Origin: Auanema rhodensis
Lineage: Eukaryota; Animalia; Nematoda
NCBI GenBank assembly: GCA_964057225.1
Contig: OZ059899.1
Location: 2,356,001-2,420,000, forward strand
Direction: 5' to 3'
DNA: 64,000 nt
A program made the translations under genes and the position numbers. The notes below the pieces were generated by a model, which did no database searches, was not told where the DNA came from, and worked only from the letters and a program-made list of their open reading frames with translations. Positions 62,501-64,000 of the stretch are shown one piece after another (the first letter of the stretch is position 1; each line of letters starts with the position of its first letter).

Positions 62501-64000
62501 AAAATGGAATCTAAAAACATCTACTTTTTGCTAAATTATTTTGAAATTTTTGGAAAAAATTTTTGTCAAAATGTTTTTGGAAGCAATGTTGAGTGTACAT
62601 GGAAACTCAACATACACTAATGCATCATTTTTCAAACGATCATAACTAATTTTTGTATCAAACGTTTCTCAATGTAGTATAGTGCATTCGATGCGGATTT
62701 TTAAGCTGCGTCGATCTGTGTTATCAGATTTGCGCTAGCTTAAAAATGCACCGAGATATCAACTGATATAAGTTCACATTTATATCCTCGATTTTCACCC
62801 TGAAGAATTGATTTTTTCGTTGAATAACATTGTCTATCGTCTTTGCCTTGAAAAATGGAATCTAAAAACATCTACTTTTTGCTAAATTATTTTGAAATTT
62901 TTCGAAAAAATTTTTGTCAAAATGTTTTTGGAAGCAATGTTGAGTGTACATGGAAACTCAACATACACTAATGCATCATTTTTCAAACAATCATAACTAA
63001 TTTGTGTATTAAGCGTTTCTCAATGTAGTATAGTGCATTCGATGCGGATTTTTAAGCTGCGTCGATCTGTGTTATCAGATTTGCGCTAGCTTAAAAATGC
63101 ACCGAGATATCAACTGATATAAGTTCACACTTATATCCTCGATTTTCACCCTGAAGAACTGATTTTTTCGTTGAATAACATTGTCTATCGTCTTTGCCTT
63201 GAAAAATGGAATTTAAAAACATCTACTTTTTGCTAAATTATTTTGAAATTTTTCGAAAAAATTTTTGTCAAAATGTTTTTGGAAGCAATGTTGAGTGTAC
63301 ATGGAAACTCAACATACACTAATGCATCATTTTTCAAACAATCATAACTAATTTGTGTATTAAGCGTTTCTCAATGTAGTATAGTGCATTCGATGCGGAT
63401 TTTTAAGCTGCGTCGATCTGTGTTATCAGATTTGCGCTAGCTTAAAAATGCACCGAGATATCACTTGATATAAGTTCACACTTATATCCTCGATTTTCAC
63501 CCTGAAGAACTGATTTTTTCGTTGAATAACATTGTCTATCGTCTTTGCCTTGAAAAATGGAATTTAAAAACATCTACTTTTTGCTAAATTATTTTGAAAT
63601 TTTTCGAAAAAATTTTTGTCAAAATGTTTTTGGAAGCAATGTTGAGTGTACATGGAAACTCAACATACACTAATGCATCATTTTTCAAACAATCATAACT
63701 AATTTGTGTATTAAGCGTTTCTCAATGTAGTATAGTGCATTCGATGCGGATTTTTAAGCTGCGTCGATCTGTGTTATCAGATTTGCGCTAGCTTAAAAAT
63801 GCACCGAGATATCAACTGATATAAGTTCACACTTATATCCTCGATTTTCACCCTGAAGAATTGATTTTTTCGTTGAATAACATTGTCTATCGTCTTTGCC
63901 TTGAAAAATGGAATTTAAAAACATCTACTTTTTGCTAAATTATTTTGAAATTTTTCGAAAAAATTTTTGTCAAAATGTTTTTGGAAGCAATGTTGAGTGT
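41513..64000. repeat. 351-bp tandem satellite array, right block (~64 monomers, runs off window end)
   Basis: Same monomer, orientation and phase as the left block. Confidence 0.99.
52918..62107. repeat. 13-monomer higher-order duplication (period 4,563 bp, ~2 copies)
   Basis: Rare variants recur at +4563: AATCTTTG 53084/57647, AATACCATT ~55105/59668, also TTTTTGAGC and TATATTGC. Confidence 0.85.

Overview
Eukaryotic, AT-rich repeat DNA with no host genes. It is probably nematode, an inference from a primer-binding site matching a nematode-type tRNA-Pro 3' end and a TTTCAG acceptor. About 50 kb of the window is one highly homogeneous head-to-tail satellite with a 351-bp monomer (~143 copies), rich in inverted repeats and organised in local higher-order repeats. 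It is interrupted by four near-identical minus-strand copies of a 3,641-bp Ty3/gypsy-like LTR element; three are complete and one has lost its 3' end through a 797-bp deletion. The element has two apparently identical 378-bp LTRs, a PBS, a structured leader, a hairpin plus PPT, and one intact 769-aa Gag-protease ORF, but no RT, RNase H, integrase or env. All surviving junctions map to the same base of the monomer with shared rare flanking variants, so the copies are one insertion amplified with the satellite (5,397-bp composite unit = element + 1 base + 5 monomers). The insertion has no target-site duplication and its LTRs end TG...TT. All comparisons were made by eye.
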